64,000 bases of DNA from Eledone cirrhosa (GCA_964016885.1 OZ024741.1:128836001-128900000), one strand, 5' to 3'. Shown: positions 50,371 to 63,898, counted from the stretch's first letter. Notes: generated by a model from the sequence alone, not told the origin. Made by a program: numbers and translations.

Positions 50371-51430
50371 GAAATATATGGGCATTTCTCTGTTTGTCTG
50401 TCTGTCTGTCTGTATGTCTGTCTGTCTGTCTGTCCTTCCCTAAAACTCAAATGTAGGTGCTACAGAAATATTACCTTCCCCTTCCTTTCTCCACTTTGGT
50501 ACTACCAAGAGAAACACTGTCGCTATAGAAACATTACCTTCCCCTCTCCACTGACTTTGGTCATTGAGGCCGAGGGAATCGCTGGTTGCTATAGAGACAC
50601 CTTGCACAAGCCAGAAGTAACCAGTTCGAGGCGGTTCTGACTTGACACCATGCCAAGGACCATTTGAAGATATATTTCCATCGTTATATCATAACGTTTA
50701 TGTATCATAACGTTTATATTTCCGTCACTAATCTCTTTTTCTCCTTTTTCGTTTTAACATATATTTATTTCAAAGATTTCACTGTATAGATAACATATAT
50801 ATTTATACATGCATAAAAGACACACCGAGAGACGGTGAACATGTGGTGCCAAAAACATTTCTCATCCAAATCTCAACAATATCAGTATATACACTAGATT
50901 TGCGAGCAGAAAACCGCCCACCGGGTGGTTTTCTGCTAGTCTATATATCTAAAACAGAGAATGTCTGTCTGTCTGTCTGTCCGATCACTAAAACTCGAGA
51001 ACCACCCAACTGATTGTTTTCAAACTTTACACATGTAATACTTATGGTCCTGTGAGTGTTTTGAGCAAATAATATTTCAAATTTTCAATGCCCCAGGGAC
51101 CGCATTAGGCGATTTAGCGATCTCTCTCTATAATTCTTAGTCTTTCTCATTTTAGATAGATACAGAGATATAACGTTGCATCCTTATAATATCTGTCTGT
51201 ATGTCTAGTTGTCTGCATTACGACATTATGACGTAGCTGTGTGTGTATATATGTATATATAGTGTGTGTATATATATATAATTATATATTCGTGTACAGA
51301 TATTTTTGCATACACAATAACAAAATATAAACAAACGTATTTATTTCACGAGGCTCGATAAGGATAAATATATATCAAATATATAAGAACCCTAGAGCAA
51401 ATCCCGAGCAACGCCGGGCCATTCTGCTAG
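46091..51430 (+). mobile_element. Head-to-tail tandem array of non-autonomous Helitrons
   Basis: 5' TC(TAC/TCC)TTATA..ATAACCAGCAATTTCTCTGTCTG starts; 3' hairpin plus CTAG ends at 46983, 48528, 49464, 50939 and 51430, four of them followed directly by TC. Confidence 0.85.
50080..50380. repeat. Self-complementary ~45-bp minisatellite (also 48323-48490)
   Basis: acacagaaatatatatacatttctgtgtgtgtaatatatatatatatac units; ACACAGAAAT/ATTTCTGTGT arms. Confidence 0.8.
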
Positions 51431-51444
51431 TATGTACCTAAATT

Positions 51445-54150
51445 AGAAATGGCGATTAAAAGTAGTGCTGCAACTGACGTGTTAGCTGTGAGGGTGGCAC
51501 TAGACCAATTCTTTAATGCGAAACACGACAGTTGCATTATCAGAGCTAAGGCACGTACTCCGAAACATGAAGGAACTAAAGCTGTTCAATTGTCCCAAAT
51601 GGTAGAGGGACAGCGTGGCAACAAAACAACAATACGGTCTTTGACGGACCGAAATGGATGCGTGCTGCTGCTCGATTCCAAGCAGATGTGTGCGACTTTT
51701 CAGCGGCACTGTGCAAAACTATTCGAGGCGAGCGGGGTTTCGTAGACGGTTCCTACTCAATGACAGTTGCGACCCTCAGCAGCTGATGCGAAGTGTTACG
51801 AAAAGCCGATAACAGCAGCCAAAATGCGGGAAACCCTATGTGCCAGTACGGGGCATAAATCGCTCGGTTTGGTTGCTCTTCCTTATGAGTTTTACATAGA
51901 CATTCAAGACTTGTTTTCCGATTACTTCTAAGGTATCTACTACAACTGGGAGCAAAAATAAACAACAGTCCATGCAGCAAACTACCAGAGGTTGGGTTAC
52001 CAGTTGATGGGCAACCAGAAACAAATCAAATTCCAAGTGTTTACCAATGTGTCCGCACACGAAGAGCCGAACTCCCACTGTCATTGCCCATCTCTCTCGC
52101 CCTCCCCATCTCTCTGTATGGTGAGAAAATGGGGTCCCGCGTGCTGGCCGCCCCACAGATCCGGCAGACAGAATGGAGAAAGCGTTTCCCCGGAGGATGG
52201 TAAGGGAGATGCGTTGGAAGAGCCATTCCATTTCGCGAGGCTCACACCTGCGGCTGGCCAGCTCAGCGCCTATGGTGGTATGTAGGAAGGTAGCCCTAGG
52301 GCCAAGGACACCAGAAGTCTCCACTGCCAAGAGCACGACCGCAAACCTGGTAGCAGAACAGAGAATTCCCAGCTTTGTATGTCGGGGTGTAGTATGGCTG
52401 ATGAGTAAAGACGAGAACGGGCCTTATTTTCTTACATTATGACTGCATCACATTAAATCTTAACATCCTGTACCACATGAAACCACATTAGCAAGGAATT
52501 TTTGAAAAGTATAAGCAACACTGCGAAACACTATCAACTTAAAGGCGGACGTTATCGATAATTTCCGACCCATAACTCTCCTAATCACAGAGTTTAAGAT
52601 TTTGGCGAAGATGCTAGCAACGAAGTTGGCGCTTGTCGTCTAAACTATTGCAAGGGAAGCGTAAACGTGCACAATCCTGACCAGGTCTATACACAACCTC
52701 CATCACATGCGAGACATCATAGAGAGGGTAGGGATTAAACCTGGCTTCGGTGGGGCTCTGATAAATTTAAATCAATCGACAACTTTTGATAGGGTTGACC
52801 ATCGATACCTCGAGACTGTCCTCAAAGCAGCCACCTTCTGTCCCACCTTCGGTCACGCCTCCAGAGGCTGGATCCCTGCAATGCACTGCGGTATCGGTCC
52901 GGTGGTCTAAGCCATCGGAACCGTTCCAGATCATTTGCTCAAACCGGCAAAGATGTTCTCTCTCTTCCCTTCTGCACGTAGACTCACGAACCACTACTGC
53001 GGAAACTGGAGCTGTTGCAGGGAATCTCAATCGAACCAGGACTTGGAAGGACGTCATATGTCAATGACGTCACCGTGATGGTGTCAAAACCTAGGAAATC
53101 GAGGTGGTCCGCAACTTCTTAGAGGAATATGAAAAGTTATGAAAACAAAGACCAGCCTGGAAAAGTCGTTGGGTTTGCAGCTCGGCACTTGGAGAGGCAA
53201 ATCCATGGCGTTCAACAGCGCCGTCGGTTAAGATAGGGTAGGAGTGGCGAATGCGCGTGTACATCGCATCCTTCATCTACTACCGCCTGGCCATCTTGCC
53301 TTGCCACCGTCCGCGCCTCACCAAAATGGAGCACCTGCTGCTTAACTTCTTTTGGAAGGGACAAGTTCCACAGGGGAGGCGGGCCATCTTCTACCAACAC
53401 CTTCTACGCGTAGGGCTGGACAAGCAGTGTTTGATGCTACGATATCTTCAGATATTTCTAAACGATGAACAGGTATGGTCGCCGTTTGTGAGACAGGTCT
53501 TTCCTCAGCTTGTCTCCTTGACTGAGCTGCAGCCGTGGGAAATATCAGGCAGAGGTGGTGAACGCGTACATCAGGTTCGTCATCTACTATCGCCTGACCT
53601 TCATGCCATACCCCGGTCCACGTCTGGTTGCACTGGCACACCTACTCTTATGCGTTTTGTAGGAACGACGTCTTCCAGTAGTTAGACTGACCATCCGCTG
53701 TGTGGCGAGTTGGCATGCCGTGGCTGATGATATACAAACAAGCGCTGAAACTACGACATCTCCAGCATTTCCTTGACAGTGAACAGGTGAGGTCGCTTTT
53801 CACCAGACACGTGTTTCCTCAGCCAGTTGGGAATTGTGATCGGTGGAAACTCCACCTTGGAGTTTTATATAGGATTAGAGGTGAGGAAAAGCGATGAGGT
53901 TCTTTGGGAGACCCGGGTATGCGAAGACTAGCACTGGGACACTCTTTTCCGGAGAACTTTTGGTGTAGGGTTAATGGATAACTTCGAGAAATCCCTGGCC
54001 TGACCTGGCAGTGCTACCGGGGAATTTGCCAGTTCGAAATAAACTCTGCAGACACGAAATCGTCCTACAGGCATTGGTTCAGTGCCCGAGCAATGCTGAC
54101 CTGGAGGTTTATGTCGGACATCTACTGTCACATGTTTGACTGATCCGGCT
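51445..54150 (+). mobile_element. Decayed L1/Tx1-like non-LTR retrotransposon
   Basis: DNFRPITLL.TEFKILAKMLA, IHNLHHMRDIIE, ALINLNQSTTFDRVDHRYLETVL, VYIASFIYYRLAILPC...LLLNFFWKG. Confidence 0.85.
52150..52340 (-). mobile_element. CRE-type (REL endonuclease) 3' fragment inserted in the Tx1-like relic
   Basis: LAVETSGVLGPRATFLHTTIGAELASRRCEPREMEWLFQRISLTILRGNAFSILSAG. Confidence 0.7.
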
Positions 54151-55562
54151 ATCAACTGAATCCATCGATTTATCATGATCAATCAACATTCTGAAACGAT
54201 CGTAAAACAAGTTAAAAGATTAGGCACTAAATTTCGCCTTTTGTTTTCATTGGTCAACACGCGCGTGTGTGCGTGCGCGCGCGTGTGTATGGAGATGGAC
54301 AGGTCAGGTCCGATGTATATATAGCATCAGACGACCACATCTGATCCTCTACAGTCAACTTATCACAGACAAAAGATCATGCAGCTACATCATGCAATGC
54401 TGCAAAGAACAATTGAAATAGCTGATGAAGAACACCAACATCGACCTCAAGTCCTGGGAATAACGCGCAGACGATAGACCACCAAAACGTCATCTTATTA
54501 AGATCAGTGCAGAACACTTTGAGGAAATTGGAGGATAAAAAAGCTGCGACGAAATATTTCCCAACTCCAGCCAAGGCCTCCATTGACCATCAGCTGTGAT
54601 CTGTGTGGACAAATTTTCTTTGCAAAAATCCAAAAATCGATCTTGCTAGCCACCAGAGTCACAGCCATGGATTAGAAAATTAATATTAGTTTCTGATTTT
54701 AGGAACAAGGCTTAAACATTTTTAGGGGAAGGAAAAGTCAATTAAATCTGGTGCATAAAAAGTTCGAAAGGCCACTTTGCCAGTCCAGGTAAAATAGATA
54801 AACATGCTTTTTAAGCTTATTTTACCGGTCTTAGTACGCGAACACACATACACATAACACATAAGCGCACTCATACACGTTGGCATATATACATATATAT
54901 ACATGTTTACAAGTAGCACACGCTGTTCCTTCTAAACAACCAAATGGCTCTTTCATTCATTTATATTACTTTCACTTTGTCGACATAAAAGAACTTCGTA
55001 AGTAACACACACACACACACACACACACATATCAATACACATCTACGTAAGATACTATCTCGCTATCACCCTTTCCATATGTATATCAACACAGACGATC
55101 AGTCACTCATAACATAACATATTTGTCGTCGGTCAAAGGTAAGGCCTGTTTACTCCTAAACTACTGTCAAAATATATCTCTGTCATTAATTTAATGATTG
55201 AAAGACATTAGACTGCTTTTTTTACTTGTTTTATAAATTTACCTCAGATAATATTAATTTTCTGCAAAAGAAATGGAAAATAACTGTTTCTACTTTAGGC
55301 ACAAGGCCAGCAATTACCCAGTACATTACTGGTACTTTATTTTATCGACCCCGTAAGGATGAAAGGCAAAGTTAACCAAAGAAATGGAAAATAACGCTCT
55401 GTGTTTATATCTGTTAGAGACATACACGTTAAATCACGTGTGTACACACACATACTTACACACATATATATGTACATACATACACACACAAATATATACA
55501 TACATACATACAGACATATATACATACATACATACACACATATATATACATACATACACACA

Positions 55563-58016
55563 TATGGTGATGGCTGCCCCCTCGTTATCGACTATGGCCA
55601 TTGCACGAGGAGAACAAAAAAAATTAATAAATAAATAAATAAAAAAATAAAAAAAAATATATATATATATACATACACATACACACATATATACACACAC
55701 ACATACATTAATAACAATAATAATAATAATAATAACAACAATAATAATATACATATACATATATATATACACATACACGCACACACATAAACATATCTAT
55801 ACACACACACACACACACACACACGATAGCAACTAACAGCGCTGCGATCGAATGTGGCTTTTTAGCCCAGCCAATGATCTAAAATGTCTTGCACAGAGTC
55901 GGCAACCAAAACATTCACAGGGAATAGTCGGCTGTGGTTGGAGTTTGTGTACTTTTGCATGTCGCTTGAGCCCTCCTGCTGATTTACATTCTCTACCACA
56001 TGTTTGGCAAGCATGATGAGTAGCATCTCCAACAGCAGCCTGGTAGTCAACCACTGGTCTTACTTTATGACTGCGAAGATGACTTTCGAGTCCAGCTTTG
56101 CTTAGGCAGAGTCTCGCACATACGCTGCATGTCAGCACCATAGGAGGACCCTCGCCGTCTGGAAGTGCAACAGCAATGCCCTTCCTCACATCCCTCTTTA
56201 CTTTCTCGTATGCGATTCGAGATGCCTCAAAGGCAACTTTTCCCTCATATACAGTCTTTCTCCATTTATTACGATCAGCAGCAATATTTTCCCATGTATC
56301 AGCAGAGATGTTAGCGTCTTTCAAAGAGGCTTTCAAGGAATCCTTATACCTCTTTTTTGGTTTATGTGGCGGTCGTTTTCCTTTAACCAACTCTCCATAA
56401 AAGAGTTGTTTTGGTATTCTAGAATCCTTCATCCTGGCAAGGTGACCACTCCAACGGAGTCGTTGCTTAAGCACAAGATCTTCTATACTGTCACACATAG
56501 AGCTTTCCAAAATCTCGACATCACTGATGTGGTCCCTCCAGTGAACGCCATGGATCCGTCTGAGACACATTTGATGGAAACGCTCCAATTGCTTAAGGTG
56601 GTGTCGATATGTGACCTAGGTCTCGCAGGCATAAAGAAGACAAGAGAGCACACATGCCCTGTACACCTTTACCTTTCTTTATCCTCCTGCATATGTCTCG
56701 CCGACCCCAGAGTCGCCTTTCTAGCTTTCCGAAAACATCACTTGCTTTCCTAATCCTAAGTGAGATTTCACTGTCAAGGTTGCTGTATCGATTGACAGTG
56801 CTTCCCAGGTAGACAAACAGATCAACCACTCCAAGTCGTTTGCCATACACATAGATGTTTGGTTCAGTGTACTGCTTACCAGGGGCAGGTTGGTACATGA
56901 CGACGGTTTTCTTGAGACTGACAGTCAATCCTAGGGCAGTGCAAGCGTCAGAAAATGCATTCAAAATGTACTGCATATCACTCTCTGTGTGCGCTACAAG
57001 ATCGCAATCATCTGCATACAAGAGGTCTCTTATGATTGATGTAAATACTTTTGTCTTCGCAGCAAAGCGCCTGATGTTAAATATGCTGCCTGAGGTTCGA
57101 TATCAGATGTAAACACCATGCTCGCAATTCCTGAATGCAATACAGAAAACCATTGCAAAGTATATGGCAAACAGGGTCGGTGCTGGAATATCCCCCTGTT
57201 TCACACTATTTTTTACTGAGATAGGCTCCGACATGTTACCTCCGACATTAACCCAAGCCTTCATGTCATCATGGAAAGACCTAACTAAAGCAAGGAACTT
57301 ATCAGGGCAACCAAGTTTCTGGAGAACTTTCCATAATGCATCTCTGTTAACAGTATCGAAAGCTTTTGTCAGATCGACAAAAACCTGATACAGATCCAAG
57401 CCTTGTTCCATGCACTTCTCCTGGAGCTGCCTAGCTGAGAAGATCATATCAGTAGTGCCGCGTCCAGCACGAAAACCAGATTGACTTTCAGGAAGAACAC
57501 AATCTGCAATGTGTGTCAGCAGACGGTCCAGAAGCACCCTACATAAAACTTTCCCTACGACAGAAAGCAATGATATACCTCTGTAGTTCCCACAATCATT
57601 CCTGTTACCCTTTCCCTTGTACAAGACCACCATTACTGCATCTCTCCAGTCCTCAGGTACGGATTCATTAACCCATATCCTGCCAAACAAAGAGTGAAGA
57701 TGTTGCAGGAGTCTCTCACCACCATATTGTAGGAGCTGAGCATGTACGCCATCCATACCTGGAAATCTTCCACTGTTCAGCTTCGAAATAGCCACTGCAA
57801 CCTCCACAAGCGTCGGAGGTTCTGAAAGAGCTACTTTCACAGGACTTTCTGGAATGAGATTGAGGAAATCTTCACTGACGACAGGCGGCTGATTCAAAAG
57901 ATCATCAAAGTGCTCTCGCCACCTTCGTAGAATTCCTTGTGAGTCACGAAGAAGTTCTTTGCCATCCTTGCTGCGAAGCGGTGTCACCAGAGAAGAAGAC
58001 GGTCCATAAACCTCAC
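55563..58016 (-). mobile_element. 5'-truncated RTE-clade LINE: RT domain plus three C-terminal C2H2 zinc fingers; few frameshifts
   Basis: CGNYRGISLLSVVGKV, LPESQSGFR.GRGTTDMIF, FVDLTKAFDTV, VKQGD..APTLF, YADD, RLRWSGHLARM; fingers CSVC..HLRSH, CQTC..HAKVH, CRLC..HIRSQ; 3' tail atggccatagtcgataacgagg..cagccatcac at 55563-55615. Confidence 0.93.
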
Positions 58017-58445
58017 ACATAAACATACACACACATATATATACATACACACACACATATATATACATACATACACACACATATATATATATACACACAC
58101 ACACATATATATACACACACACACACACATATATATACATACACACACACACATATATACATACATACACACACATATATACATACATTCACACACATAT
58201 ATATATACACACACACACACATATATATACATACACACACACACACACACACATATGTATATATATCTCACCTTACGCGAATTCTGGTCCCAATAACTTT
58301 TTTTAGTTATTGCTCTCACCAACCTGAGGTATCTGATTTTTAATGCGATGAAATACCAATGATGGTTGGAAAATCACTGACGAAGGACTATTTTTATCAT
58401 ATGTAACCCATGTGCGAACTACGCAGTATTCTTCTTTCTTCTCAT

Positions 58446-58545
<100 letters not shown>

Positions 58546-58657
58546 ACACATATATATAAATACATACACACACACACATATATATATATATATAGCGAAC
58601 CTCAACCGTTAAGGTTGTCTTTATGCGGGTATGTCAATATTTATAAAACAAATTTGT

Positions 58658-58721
58658 ATTTTATCTGATGAAAGCGCACCAAAATTTGCCTTGGTTACCC
58701 TTGAAATATATATAATAAAAT
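58658..58721 (+). ncRNA. Minimal type I hammerhead ribozyme
   Basis: ATTTTAT-CTGATGA-AAG..ACCAA...TTGGT..CTT-GAAA-TATATA-TA-ATAAAAT. Confidence 0.65.
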
Positions 58722-58852
58722 AATTATGGTTTTATAATATAGTTTCCATTTATTAATATATTGAATATTTACTCCACTAAGCTGTTGAGTGCTTTATATC
58801 AGTTATAAAAATGTTTAAGCTTGTTGAATCCCAATAAATTAAATATAACCTC

Positions 58853-58912
<60 letters not shown>

Positions 58913-59143
58913 AGAGTTTAACAAGATTCAATGAGCATATTTCTATAGTAGTTTTTTCTATAACTGTTACATTGATGCCATGTATTTCTTAAAATATATT
59001 ACTCACACTTTCTCTATTGATTCTATTACGTTCTCTCATGTTCTCAATATTAGGGTATAAATATTGAGTTTTCTCATAAATTAATCACTACCTTGATTAA
59101 ATCTTAACCATCTACAATGTCAGGGTATGTCATGTATCATTTT

Positions 59144-59208
59144 ATTTTATCTGATGAGGACGTACTGTTGAACTTAATTCAGTACCTCTGAAATATGTAT
59201 CATAAAAT
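59144..59208 (+). ncRNA. Minimal type I hammerhead ribozyme
   Basis: ATTTTAT-CTGATGA-ggacGTACTG...CAGTACctct-GAAA-TATGTA-TC-ATAAAAT; AUC site, 7-bp stem I. Confidence 0.7.
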
Positions 59209-59249
59209 TTAATTGATCACAAGAATATCTGTTTTGTTAATATTTGTAA

Positions 59250-59297
<48 letters not shown>

Positions 59298-59331
59298 CAT
59301 ACAAATAGTGAAAACAATTCATAGTAAAACT

Positions 59332-59468
59332 CATTATTTTACGATCGTTTCTGGAGGGTAGTTCCCCGTATGTCCATTCTATTATTGATCTATGTAAAAT
59401 ATATTACAAATTATCATAGTAAGAAAATATACATACGTCTTCTCTACCCGCCGTCTTCAGAAATAATA
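59332..59468 (-). ncRNA. Hammerhead with a long stem-II insertion
   Basis: Reverse complement: ATTATTT-CTGAAGA-cGGcGGGTAG...(~80 nt)...CTACCCtCCa-GAAA-CGATCG-TA-AAATAAT; palindromic stem III ACGATCGT. Confidence 0.6.
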
Positions 59469-59479
59469 TATATATATGT

Positions 59480-59670
59480 CAGACCTGCCGATCTCTAAAA
59501 CCCTAAACATAGAGTACCATGAAAAAAAGTGCCCCAAAACGGGTAGAAATGAGGCAAAATGGATAGATTTTACATAATGAAAGCTATACCCATTTTTACA
59601 AGAGAAGATATGTCACCCACCCCAAAGTGTGTGGGAGATCTCCCCGTCGGAGGGAGAGTTGATAGGTCTG
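59480..59670. mobile_element. hAT-like MITE
   Basis: CAGACCTGCCGATCTCT...GGGAGAGTTGATAGGTCTG imperfect TIRs. Confidence 0.55.
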
Positions 59671-59867
59671 ATACACACACACACACACACACATACACAC
59701 ACATATATACATGTATATATCAATGATATTAATAAATGGAAACTATATTTATAAACCCTATTTATAAAACCCTTGATATTATACTCCAGAAAACTTGTCG
59801 AGTGCTTCGAATCTGTTATAAATATATATATTTGTTGAATTACTAACAAATTAAATATCCCTTTGCT

Positions 59868-59931
<64 letters not shown>

Positions 59932-60058
59932 AATGGGTCTCTAACTTCCTAGAACCCTCCTTCTCTTTTATGAAAGTTTCCCCTTGTGTTTTGACAAAAG
60001 AAACCTATAACTCATTTCAAACGGAACACAGTGTTAAAGATAAGCTCCTGATAAAATC

Positions 60059-60436
60059 TGCGGCACTACAACGCTATTGGCTGTCAGTCCGGTGGAAAAA
60101 AGGCGAAGGTGACGTCACTCGTCAACATCGTTTATGTCCGTATTACTTTTAGAGAGAGGGAAGAGGAGAGATAGGGAAGAGAGAGAGAGGGAAGACTTAA
60201 AAGGGCCAAATTAGAAAACAAATAGAAAAAACAAATAGAAAACAAGTCATGGTTATAAAGCATATCGATGTAAGTGGAGTTACTTAAATGAAAATATAGG
60301 TGGCCCTTAAAAGGGCCAAATTAGAAAACAAGTCATGGTTATCAATGTAGAAAACAAGTCATTCATAAATTTAAGTTTTATAATCAAATTTTTTTCGCCG
60401 ACAAATATGACAGCTAATAGCGTTGTAGTGCCCGCA
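60059..60436. mobile_element. Unclassified TIR element
   Basis: ~29-bp inverted repeats TGCGGCACTACAACGCTATTGGCTGTCA / TGACAGCTAATAGCGTTGTAGTGCCCGCA; internal direct repeat cttaaaagggccaaattagaaaaca. Confidence 0.6.
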
Positions 60437-60467
60437 ATTCTGTATCTTTACGTATATTGCGCATAGA

Positions 60468-60680
60468 TACGAGGGTTGACAAAGATACTCTCATGGAATG
60501 TGACCAAATGAGGTTTATTTTTCAACATAGTCTCCCTTGCGTTCCACACACTTCTCCATCGGTGTTACAGTACTGAGATCAATGTTTTCCTCGGTAATGG
60601 CAGTTGTAGGACGTCCAGACATTGGGTCATCTTCAAGAATCCCCTATCCTTTCCTAAATTCGGCTGCCCACTTTTGCACA
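60468..60680 (-). mobile_element. Mariner relic
   Basis: TACGAGGGT terminus; minus-strand VQKWAAEFRK..LEDDPMSGRPTTAIT. Confidence 0.7.
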
Positions 60681-61397
60681 AAGGAAAATTGTGGTACAAT
60701 ATTGTAAGGTCTGCTTATAGCATTATCCATCTTTCAAAAATGAAGGTCCACATTTCGTCGACTTCAATACATTTTATTACATTTTATTGTATTGTAAACA
60801 TTAACTTTTATGGAAATTTTATTACAAAATTTCAATTTAGTTCGATTTTTTGGAATTTATTTAACAAACATGGAAAAATAAGAAAGAGAATAAAATAAAA
60901 AGTTATTTGATTGCCTTTAATAATGAAGATAAATAGAGTGGAACTGATTTCCAGGTCATACTAATGAAACAAGGTTTTTTCTATTACTGATATTATCTGT
61001 CTGCCGCAGAAGATGCAACATGCAGCAGGATAGAAGAAACGAGCCCATGACTTTATAATGGTTAGTCCAGTACCGTAACCCCTAAGGCATGTGCCTTCAC
61101 AGAGGAAAGGTAAATCATATAACAGAATAGATGGGTACTATGTTAGATATTACTATGTGTCATATTATACCAAAGAGGAAGTGTGCTATATAATAAACAT
61201 TGATATCAGGTTGATTCAATAACTACCCGGTCCCAAATATGAACCCATGAACTTATGGTCGTCGGTCAAACACTTTAACCATTGAATGTATGTATGTATA
61301 CACGTATGGATGGATGGATGTATGTGTGTATACATGTATGTATGGATGGATGTATGCATGTATGTATACATGTATATATGTAAGTATGTATGCGTGT

Positions 61398-63898
61398 ATG
61401 AGAACAACTGGAAGGACTTCAGGAGCTCGGTCTATGAGGCTTCAGCAGAGGTCCTTGGCTTTGTCACAAGAAAACAAGGACTGGTTTGATGAGAATGACC
61501 AGGAGGTCAAGGCTCTGCTAGACAGAAAACAAAAGGCACTTGATGCAGTTCTTAAAGGTGGTAGCTCTGTTGGTGACAATTATGAGCGTTACAGACAGGT
61601 AAAGAAGGAAGTGCAGGTGAAACTCAGGGCTATGCAAAATACCTGGTGGAGCAACAAAGCAGATGAAGTTCAAGTGGCATCTGACAGCAACAATGTGAAA
61701 CTGCCACACTTTCTACTCACAGAGGTGTATGGCCCTTTCAGCTCTCCAGTGGTCCCTTTCAGATCGAAAGATGGCAAGCAATTACTGCGCGACCCAAAAG
61801 ACACTTGACAGATAGAGAGATCACTTTGATGAGCTCTTAAACCAGCCATCCCAGGTTGATGATGATTTCATTTCTTCCATTCCTATTGAACCAGTGAAGC
61901 ATATGAGATGGCTAATGTATCTTCTCTTGCAGAGGGGACTTCTGTTGTGCATAAGCTGAACTGTGGTACGTCTCCTGGTATGGATGGTCTGAGTGGAGCG
62001 ATTTTGAAGTGTGATGGTGAAAACTTTATGCAGCGCCTGACTGACCTCATGAAAATGGTGTGGGAAGATGAGAATGTCCCACAAGAAGGATGCGCTCATG
62101 GTGATTCTCCATAAAGGAAAGGACGGCAAGGACAAATGTGGCAATTATCATGTCATATCCCTTCTTTCAGTAGTTGGTAAAGTCGTGTCGAATATTGATG
62201 GATAGATTGATCCCAAGAGTTGCTCTGAATGTGTTGCCTGAGTCGCAGTGTGGGTTCAGAAACGAAAGAGGAACAGTGGATATGATCGTTTCTGCTTGGC
62301 AGCTGCAAGAAAAGTGTATCGAACAATGTATGGACCTTTATCAGGTCTTTGTTGACTTGACAAAGGCCTTTGACACTGTCAATCGAACTGCGTTGTGGGA
62401 AAAAATTCAAGGTAGGGTAGAAGATTCTGCATCTTTTCCATGATGACATGAAGGCTTTGGTCAGTATTGGTGGTAGCATCTCTGAACCAATATCAGTTGA
62501 AAATGGAGTGAAACAGGGGGACATTCCGGCTCCAACTCTGTTTTCCTTATATTTTACGATAGTGTTTCTCATGGCATTCAAATATTGTTCTCATGGGGTT
62601 TACATCAGGTATCGCACTTCAGGAAGGTTGTTCAACACCAGGCGCTTTGGTACAAGCACAAAGGTATTAACATCTATAATCCGAGAGTTTTTATATGCAT
62701 ACGACTGCGATCTTTTTGCACACTCACAAAGTGACATGCAGCATATTATGAACTCTTTTTCTGCAGCTTGCAGCACTTTGGGCGTCACAATAAGCTTGGA
62801 AAAGACTGTTGTGATGTATCAGCCAGTACCTGGAAACGAGTACACTGCACCAAGTGTGTACGTGTACGGAAAGAGGCTAAAAGTTGCTGACAAGTTTGTT
62901 TACCTTGGTAGTACGTTGAACACTTCATGCAAACATGATAATGAAATATCCTTAAGAATCAAGAAAGCCAGTGATGCTTTTGGACGGCTGCATCAACGTT
63001 TATGGTCCAGACGAGGTATCACTATCGAAACCCAGGTGAAAGTGTATCTGACTTGTGTCGTCTCCTCTTTACTTTATGTTTGTGAAACGTGGGGTCACAT
63101 ACAGAAAGCACCTCAAGGATCTGGAGAGATTTCACCAACAATCTCTTCATAAGTTACTTGGGGTGTGGTGGAAAATGTTCGCCAGTGATTTGGAAGTTCT
63201 AGAACGGAGCAGGTGCGTGACTATAGAGAGCATAATCTTTCGGTATCGGTTGAGGTGGTGCAGTCACGTGGTCCGGATGTCTGATGATCGTATTCCAAAG
63301 CAACTTCTCTATGGAGAACTGTGTGAAGGAAGGCGACCACCACATAAACCAAAAAGGCGGTACCGGGACTGTATATCAGGGGCACCTTGGCTTGTGCTGG
63401 AATTTCATCTGACGAATGGGAGAAAATGGCTGACGAGCGTGTGAAGTGGAGACGTTTGATCAAGTCAGGTGGTGAACACTTTGAAACTCGTCGGAGAGGA
63501 CACCTAACACTGAAAAGGAAGGTGAGGATTGAGACTGTTCTGAACTGCCTGTTGTTGAACATCATCTGGTTTGTCAGCACTGTGGTCGAGTCAGCCTGAG
63601 CAAAGCTGGTTTGATTAGACATGAACAAAGTCATATCAGTAGACCTCATGTAGATTATGATCTGAAAAGGTGTAAGAAATGTACAAGCATGGGAGGTCTT
63701 AAAAGATACATGTGAACATACAGCCAGAACAAAGCAATGGAAGGTTTTGGGGGAGCCTAAAGTTGCCATGTGTGTGCCAGAGGGTGCAAGTATTTGGCTG
63801 GTTTAAAGAGTCACATTTGTGCTTCACATTTGTGCTTCACATTTTTGAACATTTTATCGGGCGATGGCAATACTTGAACATGAGTTTGCAGCCATCAT
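61398..63898 (+). mobile_element. Decayed RTE-clade LINE related to 55563-58016, with remnants of three C2H2 fingers
   Basis: DWFDENDQEV, LPESQCGFRNERGTVDMI, FVDLTKAFDTVNR, GVKQGDIPAPTLF, RLRWCSHVVRM; CQHCGRVSLSKAGLIRH..H; tail atggcaatacttgaacatgagtttgcagccatc. Confidence 0.9.
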
